64,000 nucleotides of DNA from contig JAGYME010000006.1 of assembly GCA_018400715.1 (NCBI GenBank), positions 611 through 64,610 on the forward strand. Direction: 5' to 3'. Shown here piece by piece: positions 18,806-29,434 of the stretch. The position numbers and the translations under genes were made by a program. This stretch comes from Candidatus Bipolaricaulota bacterium. Its GTDB lineage: Bacteria > Bipolaricaulota > Bipolaricaulia > M55B111. Numbering within the stretch: the first letter of the stretch is position 1; each line of letters begins with the position of its first letter. Below the pieces are notes generated by a model. That model saw nothing but the letters and a program-made list of their open reading frames with translations, searched no databases and was not told the DNA's origin.

Positions 18806-20017
18806 TCAATTCCTGCCAATCAACAGATAAGTCAACGGAATAACAAGCCCGAAACTTACGGTGAGGACGAGAAACGCGGCGTGAAAGCCGAAACTATCGA
18901 CAACCAACCCTACCATCAGCGGTCCGGCCGAACCGGCAACCATCATTATCACCATGTAAAACCCGTAAAGGAGGTCTCGCGAAGAGTCAGGAAGCTCCCC
19001 CAACAGATGTGCATGCATCAATGTAAACACCCCTCCCCGGGCCGGGGCAAGGATAACTATTCCCAGCAGAAGGAGCGCGTAAGTTGGCGAGAGCGTCAGT
19101 AGAGCGAGGCCTGCAACCCCGACAAGCGAGGTAATCAACAGGCTCGAACGCGCGCCCCGTTCGTCCAGCATCCATCCTGAGCCCTGCTTTCCAAAGATGC
19201 TAATTCCCATAAATAGCATGTAAAGTAGCCCGGCCAGACCGCTGGCAAGCCCCCGGCCTTGGATGAGATAGGACGGGAAAAAATGCATTAGTCCGTTTAC
19301 CGCTGCTGAAGCAGGTATTATCAAGATAATTATGTGCAGAAAGACGGAAGAATGAGTAACTTCGTACTTGACGCGCCTGGTGTACTCAATTAAGGTCCAC
19401 TCCTGTTGACCAAAGGGTTTGAGGTATTCGGGAATTTTTCTAGTTGTGTACGCAAGCAAGGAGGAGAAGGAGACTAAGACAAAAGAACCGATAATGAGGA
19501 TCATGTATCTCCAACCTCCAAGGTACATCCCAAAGCTCTTCACCCCATAGGCAGCAAGAGCGCTTAACGGAAAGACCGAGTCGTAGAGGCCTACCATTTT
19601 CCCACGGTAATCGGAAAAAATATGCGAAACGAGGGAAAAACCGAGCGGGTTGTAGAAGCCATTCGCTAATCCGAGAAAGAAGACGAAAGCACAGGCCATA
19701 GGATAACTTACCGATAAACTCAGGCCAACGCTTCCAACGACAAATAGGGTTCCGGAGGTTACGATCGACGGAACTTTGCCCTTTCGGTCTACGAGAATTC
19801 CCTCAAGAAACCTTCCCAGTGCGCTTCCCAACAGGAGTATGGTGATCATGACTCCCGCAAGGCCGTGGGAGATGGAGAAATCGGATTCGATGTTCAACAG
19901 AATTAAGGGTAGACCGGTGATGATGAGGCTTGAACTAAGGAAACCAGCTGACAATAAAATAAAGCTGACCCATCTAGTTGCACCCTTGTTGTCAGACGAT
20001 CTATCGTTATCGTTCAA
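18806..20017 (-). CDS. MFS transporter
   Basis: 403 aa, 12 predicted TM helices, and the MFS loop motif G..VDRKG between TM2 and TM3. Confidence 0.8.
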   Translation of the reverse strand: MNDNDRSSDNKGATRWVSFILLSAGFLSSSLIITGLPLILLNIESDFSISHGLAGVMITILLLGSALGRFLEGILVDRKGKVPSIVTSGTLFVVGSVGLSLSVSYPMACAFVFFLGLANGFYNPLGFSLVSHIFSDYRGKMVGLYDSVFPLSALAAYGVKSFGMYLGGWRYMILIIGSFVLVSFSSLLAYTTRKIPEYLKPFGQQEWTLIEYTRRVKYEVTHSSVFLHIIILIIPASAAVNGLMHFFPSYLIQGRGLASGLAGLLYMLFMGISIFGKQGSGWMLDERGARSSLLITSLVGVAGLALLTLSPTYALLLLGIVILAPARGGVFTLMHAHLLGELPDSSRDLLYGFYMVIMMVAGSAGPLMVGLVVDSFGFHAAFLVLTVSFGLVIPLTYLLIGRN

Positions 20018-20430
20018 GTCGCTGTTCCTCTCTTGTATTTTGCCGAATCTGAGGGATCGAATCTCTTGTGGCCTTTGGACCTATCAATACTATATCTGTT
20101 TAGTCTTCATCGGGGATCCTGAAACGGGGAGGCCTCCTTTCTACGAATCGCCTTAGCCCGTAGACGCTGTTTATTGCAGGTAACTCTCCTTACACAACAA
20201 AGTTATAGCAAAATACGATATATTGTCTGGAATCTCCTCCGGTTTATCAAAGAAGATCTCAATTGGTTCTAGCCGAGGTTATTACCTATCCTGCCAGCTT
20301 GGCCACGCATTCTTCGTGTTGTTGGGGGTAGGGATCTCGTATGAACAGGACTGACCCCTCTCATTTTTGCAAATATAGAAGATGGGGCCTATACTGATTT
20401 ATATATTTTTCCTTACAGGAGGCCATATTC

Positions 20431-21492
20431 ATGAAGACGCATAATAACCAAAGAGTTCTCACAACAATTGTAGTCCTGTTTTTGGTCGCCGTGGGCGTAA
20501 TTATATCCGCAGATACTGCGGTGGCCAACCAGACTCAAAAACCCGTGATCTACATTCAAGATGGCGCCATAGACGAATACGTTTCCTACCTGTTGCTGGC
20601 AACCATGGATGATGTTGAACTCAAAGGCGTGATAATTGTTAACGCCGATTGTATAGATATTCCCGCTATGGATGCTCAGTGGAAATTTCAGCAGTTTACC
20701 GGTCAAACCCACGTACCTCTAGCACTCAGCAGGGCCCGCGGCTGGAACCCATTCCCCTGGAGTTTTCGCGCTCAATGCATTCAACAAAAAAACGTCAAGA
20801 TCCTCGAAGAATATAACCCAAGCCCCGCTTATCCTTCCGGCGAAAAGTTGCTCAAGGAGTTACTCACGGAGGCCGTGGAAACGGACAACCCCGTGACTTT
20901 GCTCGTAAACTGTCCATTGACCCCGTTGTACCTGGTACTATCAGAGAACCCTGGACTGGAACAAGGAATCAGTGAACTGGTTTGGATGGGTGGAGCAATT
21001 AACGTCAGGGGGAACCTGGGAAGTCCACCAGTAGTCCCGAAACAGGTAGCCAACGACAAGGCCGAATGGAACGTGTTCTGGGACCCTTCTTCTACTGAAT
21101 GGATCTTCAAAAATACCTCATTTCCTATCGTCCAGTTCCCGCTTGATATTACGAACAAGGCCCAAATTACGGAGAATTTTTTATCCGGCCTTAAGGAACA
21201 GGGAAAAGATTTTGAGTACTCCAAGCTAGCGTATGAGAGCTATAGTATCATCACGAGCCTGACAAAGGCGAATCAGTCAAGTTATGAGATGTGGGACGTC
21301 CTAACGACTACGTACCTAGCCCGACCGGATATCTATACGAAGTCTTCTCAGTTAAACCTTTCCGTTGTGACCTCCGGAAAACTTCAAGGGGCATTGCAAA
21401 AAGACCCGGACGGTCGAGAGGTTAGAGTAATGTTAGAATTTGACCGGGACGAGTATTACGAATACGTACTCGAGCAATTTAGGACCTCGTAG
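20431..21492 (+). CDS. secreted nucleoside hydrolase (IUNH)-fold protein with degenerate Asp cluster
   Basis: Signal-like N-terminus. PVTLLVNCPLTPLYLVL..MGGAINVRGN..AEWNVFWDPSSTEWIF..PLDITNKAQIT is collinear with the RihA-type blocks PVTIVSTGPQTN..MGGA..AEFN..DPEAA..DVTHKA. The N-terminal DxDxxxDD is replaced by IQDGAIDE. Confidence 0.55.
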   Translation: MKTHNNQRVLTTIVVLFLVAVGVIISADTAVANQTQKPVIYIQDGAIDEYVSYLLLATMDDVELKGVIIVNADCIDIPAMDAQWKFQQFTGQTHVPLALSRARGWNPFPWSFRAQCIQQKNVKILEEYNPSPAYPSGEKLLKELLTEAVETDNPVTLLVNCPLTPLYLVLSENPGLEQGISELVWMGGAINVRGNLGSPPVVPKQVANDKAEWNVFWDPSSTEWIFKNTSFPIVQFPLDITNKAQITENFLSGLKEQGKDFEYSKLAYESYSIITSLTKANQSSYEMWDVLTTTYLARPDIYTKSSQLNLSVVTSGKLQGALQKDPDGREVRVMLEFDRDEYYEYVLEQFRTS

Positions 21493-21509
21493 TGGTAGAC
21501 CCCACAATT

Positions 21510-22499
21510 TTAAAGGCTGTAAACTTCCAGGTTGTCCATATAAATGGTGGTCGGTTTTTCAGGGATGAAGAAGACGTACCCTTCTCCTAAATCACCATCG
21601 TACTCGGCCCAGATAATCTCCTCGCCATCACGGAACACCTCTAGCCAGTCCCCACTGCGGACGAGTTCGTAGTAGTGCCACTCTCCAGGCTTCCAGGCCT
21701 CCATCTGTTCCTGAGCAACGACGTTGCTCGTATCCCCAGCGAGAAGGACAACTTGGTCCCTGTTCCCATATCCCAGGCCGACGGCATAGGTCCGGGTACC
21801 TGAGGGGTCCATCAGTCCAAATGTAAGACCCGCCGTGGTGAACCGAGCGTTGAAAGCGATCGCTATGTCCTCCATGGGCACGGGCGACTGGGTAAACATC
21901 GAGCCAGCCGGACCGTCCTCGGCCTCAAAGAACTCGATCTTCGCACTTCCTCCTTCGACCGAACCTTCTACGTCTATCATGACCCAGTTCAAGAAATCTC
22001 CGTCGAAACCTTCCTGGAGGAAGTACGGGTCGGCCTCGTCGTTATCTGGGTACTCTGAGGGCTCCGTCCCATATGAATCCGTCTCGGGCAGGCTATCGGG
22101 GGTCCCAGCTACCATTTCGCCGTCGATAAGGATTTCCGCCCCGGCCGGGTTGTCAAGCCTGACTGAAACGATCTCGCCTGTAAACCTGTAACCATCTCTT
22201 CGGTCACCCACCGATCCGTTCACGACCTTTCCCTCGATTACCTCGCCATCGTCGGTCGTTACCTCAAGACCTTCCAGCATCCCGTCCACCCTCTCAACAG
22301 TCCCGGTCACCTTGAACCGGTATCCCGTGGAGGCTTCAGGATAGACTGAACCATCGATGATGATCGTATGAGAGGACACATTTGAACTCTCTTCTGGTAG
22401 ACCATCAGCAACAAGAACAGGTGCAATCGTGAATAAGGAAAAGAACGTTAGGATAAGGATTCCAACAAAGCGAAGGGCAATTGGATTCCCGTTTTGCAA
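21510..22499 (-). CDS. secreted hypothetical protein, acidic, possible C-terminal concanavalin/LamG-like beta-sandwich
   Basis: Signal-like N-terminus. Internal duplicated GYRF(K/T)(V)TG..V motif. No confident family assignment. Confidence 0.45.
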   Translation of the reverse strand: MQNGNPIALRFVGILILTFFSLFTIAPVLVADGLPEESSNVSSHTIIIDGSVYPEASTGYRFKVTGTVERVDGMLEGLEVTTDDGEVIEGKVVNGSVGDRRDGYRFTGEIVSVRLDNPAGAEILIDGEMVAGTPDSLPETDSYGTEPSEYPDNDEADPYFLQEGFDGDFLNWVMIDVEGSVEGGSAKIEFFEAEDGPAGSMFTQSPVPMEDIAIAFNARFTTAGLTFGLMDPSGTRTYAVGLGYGNRDQVVLLAGDTSNVVAQEQMEAWKPGEWHYYELVRSGDWLEVFRDGEEIIWAEYDGDLGEGYVFFIPEKPTTIYMDNLEVYSL

Positions 22500-22672
22500 T
22501 TGTATCTACCTCCAATAAGAACTGATTTCATAATTTATATCACAAACTATCTCAATATTTCAAACCCTAAACGGGGTGGAATGTTCAGGCCTCAAATATT
22601 GAGGAAATCGGGAAGGTGGAAGAGAAAAGATTTCAAGATTCAAGGCCTGACCCGGTTTAATTAAGGTTAGAG

Positions 22673-23467
22673 CTATACCCTGGTACCGTCCTTCAATAAC
22701 CTGACAAACCTCTCTATTGCTTCCGGTCCATCACCCTCACCAATCTTCTCTACGATGGCGGACCCCACTATAGCCCCGTCAGCACCGGCTTTAATTACCC
22801 CTGCTACCTGCCCGGGAGTGGAAAGGCCAAACCCGACACAGACGGGAAGCTCCGCAGGTAGACGGGGTTTTACGAACCCAATCGCCCTCGTGGTCATATC
22901 CCTTAGGCCGTCCTTTGCCCCCGTGGTCCCGGGTCGGGCAACGAGGTAGAGGAACCCCGACGAGTTCTCGACGATTTTCGCAAGCCTACCCCTATCGGTA
23001 CCCGGCGTCGCCAGCAACGGGGTCTCAAATGAGTTTTCACTTGCTGCTTGGAGGAACGTTTGTCCCTCACCGACAGGAAGATCGGGCAGGATTGACCCGT
23101 CTATTCCAGCCCTTATCGAGCTCGAGATGAATTGGTCTTCTCCAAACTGAAGGATCGGGTTGTAGTAACTCATCAGGATTATCGGGACATCAACATCTTT
23201 CCTGACCTTTCGGACGAGCTCGAGTACGTGTTCTACCCGCCCCATCGAAGCGAGTGCCCTGGTTCCGGCAGCCTGAATGGTCGGCCCATCCGCAACGGGA
23301 TCGGAAAATGGTACCCCAAGCTCAATGACATCCGCCCCTCCTTCCGCCAGGGCTTCTATGTATTCTAGCGACCTTTCCGGTGTGGGGTCGCCCGCCATCA
23401 GGTAGGGGATAAATGCACCCTCGCCTTCTCTATTTACTTTCTGAATCCTTCCTGAAACGCCGTTCAT
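22673..23467 (-). CDS. trpA: tryptophan synthase alpha chain
   Basis: TrpA-like blocks ([24 protein letters not shown]). Last gene of the trp operon. Confidence 0.92.
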   Translation of the reverse strand: MNGVSGRIQKVNREGEGAFIPYLMAGDPTPERSLEYIEALAEGGADVIELGVPFSDPVADGPTIQAAGTRALASMGRVEHVLELVRKVRKDVDVPIILMSYYNPILQFGEDQFISSSIRAGIDGSILPDLPVGEGQTFLQAASENSFETPLLATPGTDRGRLAKIVENSSGFLYLVARPGTTGAKDGLRDMTTRAIGFVKPRLPAELPVCVGFGLSTPGQVAGVIKAGADGAIVGSAIVEKIGEGDGPEAIERFVRLLKDGTRV

Positions 23468-24642
23468 GTGAGTGTCTCCCGAACCGTTTCCAGATCTTTA
23501 TCTCCCCGGCCGGATAGGGTGATTACGAGTATATCTTCCGGCTCCATCTCGGCTGCAATCTCCATCCCGGTGAATATTGCGTGAGACGGTTCCAGGGCGG
23601 GAATAATTCCCTCGGTCTCAGAGAGGAGGTGAAAACCCTCAAGTGCTTCCTGGTCGGATGCCGTGGTATATTGAACTCTACCCGTCTCCCTGTAAAGAGC
23701 GTGCTCCGGGCCGACTCCGGGATAATCGAGTCCCGCAGCTATCGAGTCGGTTTCGGTTATCTGTCCGCCCTCATCCTGTAACAGAAGGGATTTTGCTCCG
23801 TGCAGGACGCCTTCGGTCCCTTCCGTCAGGCTGGCGGCATCCCCCTTGCCGCTCCCACCGGCTTCAACACCGGTAAGTCTTACCTCGTCATAGTCAACAA
23901 AGGGATAAAACGTCCCCATGGCGTTGCTTCCCCCGCCAACGCAGGCCACTATATGGTCCGGCAGGCGGCCTTCCTTCTTCATCATTTGACTCTTTAGCTC
24001 GTCTCCAATAACTCGCTGGAAGTCCCGGACAATCATCGGATAAGGGTGAGGGCCGACTACGGAACCGACAAGGTAATGGGTGTTATTCACGTTTGCCGAC
24101 CAATCCCGAAGGGCTTCGTTTATCGCATCTTTCAGTGTCTTGCTCCCCGTATCGACCTCGTGGACCTCCGCTCCCATAAGTTCCATCCTAAACAGGTTTG
24201 GCCTTTGTCTTTCCGCGTCAACACTTCCCATGTAAACCTCCGTTTTAAGGCCAAGGACTGCCCCGGCCAGGGAAGTTGCAACGCCGTGCTGGCCGGCCCC
24301 CGTTTCGCAGATAAGCCTTTCTTTTCCCATCCTCTTTGCCAGCAGGGCCTGACCCATCACGTTGTTGAACTTATGGGCTCCACCGTGGACCAGGTCCTCT
24401 CGTTTGAGGTAGATTTTCCCTCCCCCGGCCCGCTCGGTCAACCGCCTGGCATAGTAAAGTGAAGATGGGCGACCGCCATAGCCTCTGTTGTACGCGTGTA
24501 GTTCTTCGGAGAAATCGGGGTCGTCCCTGTAGCGATCGTAAGCATCTTCAAGGTCTTTCAAGGCCGGGTATAGTATTTCCGGCACGTATTGCCCTCCGAA
24601 AATCCCGTATTTGCCTGACGTTGGGTACTTGCTAAGTTTCAA
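23464..24642 (-). CDS. trpB: tryptophan synthase beta chain
   Basis: PLP-lysine block HGGAHKFNN plus GGGSNAMG. 4-nt overlap with trpA. Confidence 0.95.
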   Translation of the reverse strand: MKLSKYPTSGKYGIFGGQYVPEILYPALKDLEDAYDRYRDDPDFSEELHAYNRGYGGRPSSLYYARRLTERAGGGKIYLKREDLVHGGAHKFNNVMGQALLAKRMGKERLICETGAGQHGVATSLAGAVLGLKTEVYMGSVDAERQRPNLFRMELMGAEVHEVDTGSKTLKDAINEALRDWSANVNNTHYLVGSVVGPHPYPMIVRDFQRVIGDELKSQMMKKEGRLPDHIVACVGGGSNAMGTFYPFVDYDEVRLTGVEAGGSGKGDAASLTEGTEGVLHGAKSLLLQDEGGQITETDSIAAGLDYPGVGPEHALYRETGRVQYTTASDQEALEGFHLLSETEGIIPALEPSHAIFTGMEIAAEMEPEDILVITLSGRGDKDLETVRETLT

Positions 24643-25285
24643 TGTAATTCACCTCTCTGATCAGAGATTTCACCTTTTTCGCTGATTTCACTCCGTCTTC
24701 TTCGACACCGGTTGCCACGTCTACCGCATATGGTCGGACTTCTTCAATTGCCCTTTTTACGTTTTCCGGTCTTAGCCCTCCTGCCAGAAAAACCGGAAAG
24801 GGGTGGAGCAAATCCCTCACCTGCCGGCTTATCTTCCAGTCGTGAACCTCACCCGTTCCCCCGGTTTTTCCACCGACTTTGCTATCGAGTAAAACCCCCA
24901 CCACCGGTGATCCGGCTATATCCCTCGCTTGATCTACGATCCCCTTAACATCTTTCTCTACTGACAGTAGGGCGATCAATCCCACTCGGTCGGGGAACGA
25001 GCGTGATATCTCCCCTATTTGACTGGGGCTCAAATGTGAATGCAGCTGCAGGTAGTCGGGGTTTACACGCCTGGATAGCTCCTCCAGTCTGCTCGCCCGC
25101 TTTTCGGTGGTTACCAGTACCGTACTGACAAACGGCGGTACCGCTTTCGTTAATTGGATCGCCCGGTCCACGCTGATGTTCTTCGTCGATTCCGGGGTGG
25201 CCACGATAAACCCCACCGCGTCCGCGCCCCGGACCGCACTAACGTCTCTTACTGTCCTGTTGCCGCATACCTTTACCTTGACCAT
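24632..25285 (-). CDS. trpF: phosphoribosylanthranilate isomerase
   Basis: VKVCGNR start and typical length (217 aa). Position between trpC and trpB. Confidence 0.85.
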   Translation of the reverse strand: MVKVKVCGNRTVRDVSAVRGADAVGFIVATPESTKNISVDRAIQLTKAVPPFVSTVLVTTEKRASRLEELSRRVNPDYLQLHSHLSPSQIGEISRSFPDRVGLIALLSVEKDVKGIVDQARDIAGSPVVGVLLDSKVGGKTGGTGEVHDWKISRQVRDLLHPFPVFLAGGLRPENVKRAIEEVRPYAVDVATGVEEDGVKSAKKVKSLIREVNYIET

Positions 25286-26065
25286 CTAAACGCCCCTCAA
25301 TTCTCTTAAGAGTCTTTCCGGTCCGTCTGAACGAGTCAGAGAGGTACCGACCAGGAAGGCATCCGCTCCGGCCCCCGCAAGGTACTCGATATCTTTCCTT
25401 TTTGATATCCCGCTCATGGACCAGACAATCCGGTCCTTACCGGCCTCCCCCAGGATACGTTCGGTCCTCGAGAGGTCTACATCCAGAGTACGCAGGTCCC
25501 TGTTGTTGATCCCGATCATTTCCGCATCCGTTTTCATCGCCGATTCGTACTCACTGATATCGTTTGTTTCGAGCAGGACCTCCAGCCCGAGTCCGTGGGC
25601 ATAATCGATTCCTTCGTTCAGGCCAAAGGAGGTAGCTTCCCTTGTAAACAGCCTGTAAATAAGCAGCACCGCGTCCGCGCCGAACTTTCTTCCGGCGTTG
25701 AGCTGTGAACAATCTACGATGAAGTCCTTCATCAACGTGGGCCTGTTTAGTTCAGACACCCGGGCCAGGTTCCCCAGGGACCCGAAGAAATGATCCGGAT
25801 CGGTTAGGACCGAAAACCCGGAGATTCCGCCGGCGGAGTAAGATCTTCCCAGCTCGGCGGGGTCGAAACCCTCGGCGAGAATTCTTCCCCGGGTAGGCGA
25901 ACCGGGCTTAATTTCTCCAATTATCGGGGCGTGGTTTCCTCCCGTGATAACCTCCGTAAAAGGGATAATGGATTCCACTTCCCGCGGCCCACAATTAACC
26001 TCGTAGTAGCCTGAATTTACCCTCTCGCGGGCGGATCTGGATAGCTCGTCCAATATATCACTCAT
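25286..26065 (-). CDS. trpC: indole-3-glycerol phosphate synthase
   Basis: IGEIKPGSP, INNRDL and similar TrpC blocks. Confidence 0.9.
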   Translation of the reverse strand: MSDILDELSRSARERVNSGYYEVNCGPREVESIIPFTEVITGGNHAPIIGEIKPGSPTRGRILAEGFDPAELGRSYSAGGISGFSVLTDPDHFFGSLGNLARVSELNRPTLMKDFIVDCSQLNAGRKFGADAVLLIYRLFTREATSFGLNEGIDYAHGLGLEVLLETNDISEYESAMKTDAEMIGINNRDLRTLDVDLSRTERILGEAGKDRIVWSMSGISKRKDIEYLAGAGADAFLVGTSLTRSDGPERLLRELRGV

Positions 26066-27134
26066 AGGGGATTTCCTCCGGAGAAGATCTTTCCAGCTCC
26101 GTTAAGACGTCGATCGTACCTGTCCCTCTCACCAGATCTTTCGCTTTCCTGTAAGCTGCACCCGAATCAATTGAGTGTCGAGCTATTTCAAGACCTTCCC
26201 GAATGGAACCTGCACCGCCAGCAACGTAGATCCCGGCACCAGCGTTTAAGAGGACGACGTCACGTGCCGGCCCGGTGACCGTCCCCGCTAGAATGTTCAC
26301 CGCCAGCTTCGCGCTACCCGCCGGCGGCAAGTCCCGGATATCCCCGGGGCTTGCCTTTGACATCCCGAAATCACGGGGATGGATACTTCGATAGGTTATT
26401 TTTCCCTCTTTCAACTCTCCGACGTAGGTTTCCCCCAGGACCGATATCTCGTCCATACCCGATATACCGTGGACGACCAGAGCCCTGGTTACGCCGAGCT
26501 CCTTTAACACTGCCGGAAACTTATCGACTAGTTTCCTGTCGTAAACGCCGAGCAGCTGCCGTGAGGCGGAGGCGGGGTTGGTCAGGGGACCGAGGATGTT
26601 AAACACAGTTCTAATTCCAAGTTCTCTCCTTGGCTTTGCGGCGTGTTTCATCGCCGGGTGTAGGTTTGGGGCGTAGAGAAACCCGATCCCGATTTCTTCG
26701 ATAGTCCCCTCTACCCGTTTAGGATCCGAGTCCAAATTAACCCCCATCGCCTCCAGCAAGTCAGCGCTCCCGCTCTGACTGGAATTTGACCTGTTTCCAT
26801 GCTTGGCGACGGGAAAACCGGCGCCAGCCACTACGAAAGCACTTACCGTCGAAATGTTAAAAGTCTTAATTCTGGAGCCGCCCGTTCCACAGACGTCGAT
26901 CAGGTCCTTATCAACCTTTGGTTTAAGCCTTATGCTCTTTTCCCGCATTACTTCCGCGAACGCGGCAATTTCCGCGGTCGATTCCCCCTTCGATTTTAGC
27001 CCCGCAAGAAAGGCGCCAATGTTCGTCTCAGAGCTTTCACCGTTCATCAGTTCGTTCATGGCATCTCGAGCTAAAATCGAATCTAGGTCCTTTCTTTCAG
27101 TTACTCGTTGGATAGCCTTTTTCAGCTGGGTCAT
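26058..27134 (-). CDS. trpD: anthranilate phosphoribosyltransferase
   Basis: CGTGGS..FNIST and KHGNRS blocks. Confidence 0.92.
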   Translation of the reverse strand: MTQLKKAIQRVTERKDLDSILARDAMNELMNGESSETNIGAFLAGLKSKGESTAEIAAFAEVMREKSIRLKPKVDKDLIDVCGTGGSRIKTFNISTVSAFVVAGAGFPVAKHGNRSNSSQSGSADLLEAMGVNLDSDPKRVEGTIEEIGIGFLYAPNLHPAMKHAAKPRRELGIRTVFNILGPLTNPASASRQLLGVYDRKLVDKFPAVLKELGVTRALVVHGISGMDEISVLGETYVGELKEGKITYRSIHPRDFGMSKASPGDIRDLPPAGSAKLAVNILAGTVTGPARDVVLLNAGAGIYVAGGAGSIREGLEIARHSIDSGAAYRKAKDLVRGTGTIDVLTELERSSPEEIPYE

Positions 27135-27757
27135 GTATTACTCCCCCTGGAAACCTTCAAAAAGTTGTTCAATAGTTCTTTTCCGTGTTCGGTAAGTATT
27201 GATTCAGGATGGAACTGGACCCCGTAGATCGGGTACTTCGTGTGGCGTATTCCCATTATCTGGTCCTCCGGACCCCAGGCGGTAACTTCCAGCTCGCGTG
27301 GAAGTGAATCGGGGTCGACCAGAAGCGAATGATAGCGGGCTGCCGTAAAGCCAGCGGGGATTCCCTGAAAAACCTCGTTGCCATCGTGCCGGATTTTGCT
27401 TGTCTTCCCGTGGAGTAGTTTGCTCGCTCCTAAGACCCTTCCGCCGTAAGCAACTGCTATACCCTGGTGACCCAGACATACACCGAGGGTGGGGATGACC
27501 GGAGATAGCTGTTTTAGAACAGAAAGGGACAGGCCAAAATAACGGGTATCCTCGGGGGCCCCCGGCCCGGGAGAAATTATCAGAGAATTGGGCTTCAACT
27601 CCTCAAGTTCGGGCAACCTTATCTCGTCGTTTCTGAAGACTAACGGGTCACAGCCCAGTTCACCCAGGTATTGGACCAGGTTGTAGGTAAATGAATCGTA
27701 ATTATCTATAACTACTACCCTGTTTTCGTCCTCGTTAATCGTCTCCATCTTCTTCAC
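27131..27757 (-). CDS. trpG: anthranilate synthase component II (glutamine amidotransferase)
   Basis: GVCLGHQ catalytic Cys block and HPES. Confidence 0.92.
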   Translation of the reverse strand: MKKMETINEDENRVVVIDNYDSFTYNLVQYLGELGCDPLVFRNDEIRLPELEELKPNSLIISPGPGAPEDTRYFGLSLSVLKQLSPVIPTLGVCLGHQGIAVAYGGRVLGASKLLHGKTSKIRHDGNEVFQGIPAGFTAARYHSLLVDPDSLPRELEVTAWGPEDQIMGIRHTKYPIYGVQFHPESILTEHGKELLNNFLKVSRGSNT

Positions 27758-29204
27758 CTCTATTAGAAACCGCTTCTCTGAGAGCCGCTAACTTCTCGTT
27801 TATCTCTTCCCATTCACGTTCGGGGTCAGAATCGGCGACGATCCCCGCTCCGGCGCGAAGTGTTATCTGATCTCCGTTAGAAAAGAGACTGCGAATCGCA
27901 ATACAGGAATCAAGGACACCCGTGAAGGATAGATAACCAACAGCTCCCGCGTAGGGTCCCCTGGGACTTACCTCGAGTTCATCTATTATTTCCATGGCCC
28001 TGATCTTTGGCGCCCCGGATACGGTCCCCGCAGGAAATAGAGAACCTAACGCATCAAAGCCCTCCTTCCCCGGGACCAACCTGGCCGTTACCCTGGAGAC
28101 GATGTGCTGCACGTGGCTGAACTTCTTTACTTCCATGTACTCTGGAAAATTGACCGTACCGTATTTCGCCACCCTTCCGATGTCATTTCTCGCAAGGTCT
28201 ACGAGCATGTTGTGCTCTGCCCGCTCCTTTTCGTCCGTGAGCAGCTCCGTCCTGAGCCTCTCCCTCTCGAGTTCCGTCTCGCCCAGAGGCCGGGTACCCG
28301 CTATCGGATAAGTACTGATTAGGTCACCGGTGACGGAGACGAGTTCTTCCGGACTGGAGCCGATAACCCGCCTGTCCCCAAACCTCAGGTGGTACATATA
28401 GGGGGACGGGTTTATATCCCGGAGTTCGCTGTAGGCCTGGAGCTGGTCGCCCCTAAAACGTCCGGTAAGTTTTCTGGAGAGGACGGTCTGATAAATGTCG
28501 CCGGAATAGATGTAGTCCTTCGCTTTCTTTACGCTTGAAGTAAAGTCCTTTCTGCTAAAATCCGATTCGAGGCCATTGATTCGAAACTCCTTCTGGGTAC
28601 GTCCCTCCTCGGAGCTCAGAATCTCCTTAAGCTCCGCGGAGCGGTCCTTTGCGTAAGAAAAATAGGTAAGGCTTTCTCGGTCCCTATCGTGAACGATTCC
28701 ATCAAGGTAGAGCCCCATCTGGAGGTCGGGAAAATCCCTTTCCTCATGAGGAGGAGGGAGGTCCTCCAGGTACCTAACGAAGTCGTAACTGATATATCCT
28801 ACCAGGCCTCCAAGGAAGTTCCCAAAACCGCCGGAGGCAAAGCCCTTGAGATTTCTTTCCAGTTCTTTTAGGTGGGGGAGGGGGTCGCCGGTCTCCAGGA
28901 CGATTTGTCCGTTTTCCCTGAAGGTCCCTTCCGATAATGATAGGACGGCCACCGGGTCAAACCCGATAAACGTATATTTGGCGAGTTCATCGGGACCGGC
29001 CGAGCTTTCCAGGATAAAGCTGTTCTGGAATTGAGGATATATCAGGCTATAGATTTTGAAGGGATCGCGTATTTTCCAGTTCAGCTCTTTCGTAACGAGG
29101 GAGTGACTTTCACAGAAAGGAGAGAGATAACTTTCTAACAACGGGCAATCTTCAGTTGATTTCTTGACTCCGGGGGAGCCAAACCCGATCACCCTGTAAT
29201 TCAT
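27735..29204 (-). CDS. trpE: anthranilate synthase component I
   Basis: FILESS, YPIAGTRPLG, LFPAGTVSGAPK and RGPYAGAVGY blocks. Start codon uncertain: there is no SD before ATG 29204. Confidence 0.9.
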   Translation of the reverse strand: MNYRVIGFGSPGVKKSTEDCPLLESYLSPFCESHSLVTKELNWKIRDPFKIYSLIYPQFQNSFILESSAGPDELAKYTFIGFDPVAVLSLSEGTFRENGQIVLETGDPLPHLKELERNLKGFASGGFGNFLGGLVGYISYDFVRYLEDLPPPHEERDFPDLQMGLYLDGIVHDRDRESLTYFSYAKDRSAELKEILSSEEGRTQKEFRINGLESDFSRKDFTSSVKKAKDYIYSGDIYQTVLSRKLTGRFRGDQLQAYSELRDINPSPYMYHLRFGDRRVIGSSPEELVSVTGDLISTYPIAGTRPLGETELERERLRTELLTDEKERAEHNMLVDLARNDIGRVAKYGTVNFPEYMEVKKFSHVQHIVSRVTARLVPGKEGFDALGSLFPAGTVSGAPKIRAMEIIDELEVSPRGPYAGAVGYLSFTGVLDSCIAIRSLFSNGDQITLRAGAGIVADSDPEREWEEINEKLAALREAVSNRGEEDGDD

Positions 29205-29260
29205 CGTTCTGACGTAACATTTTACACCTCCGATTGTTTCTCTGGACTAAATCGTTGCGT

Positions 29261-29293
29261 AAAAAATAAAAAACTACGGGGATTAACCCATAG
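29261..29293 (-). terminator. terminator/attenuator-like hairpin plus T-run in the trp leader
   Basis: Minus-strand RNA CUAUGGG-uuaauc-CCCGUAG (7 bp including one G-U), followed directly by UUUUUUAUUUUUU. Lies 57 nt upstream of the trpE ATG. Confidence 0.5.
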
Positions 29294-29341
29294 TATTCCA
29301 AGTTGTTTAAGGGCGCTTCTTCACTCGCGCACCCTCAAACA

Positions 29342-29434
29342 CTAAATTGCCCAAGGCCAGGAAATACAATTATCATTGCAGCAGTTATTATTTGTCAACA
29401 CCACCCCCCACTTATGCTTTATGTTTTTCATCAT
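29342..29434 (-). CDS. candidate trp leader peptide (30 aa, 3 Trp codons)
   Basis: Below the ORF-track cutoff. Minus-strand ATGATG..TAG gives MMKNIKHKWGVVLTNNNCCNDNCISWPWAI. GAGGTG lies immediately upstream. A 13-bp bulged hairpin (29305-29340) follows, then the terminator-like hairpin. Confidence 0.4.
   Translation of the reverse strand: MMKNIKHKWGVVLTNNNCCNDNCISWPWAI

Noticed and set aside
23581-24462. Several plus-strand ORFs (66-138 aa) antisense to trpB, and similar ones across trpA through trpE
   Set aside because: All lie opposite strongly supported trp genes and have Arg/Pro-rich antisense-type composition.
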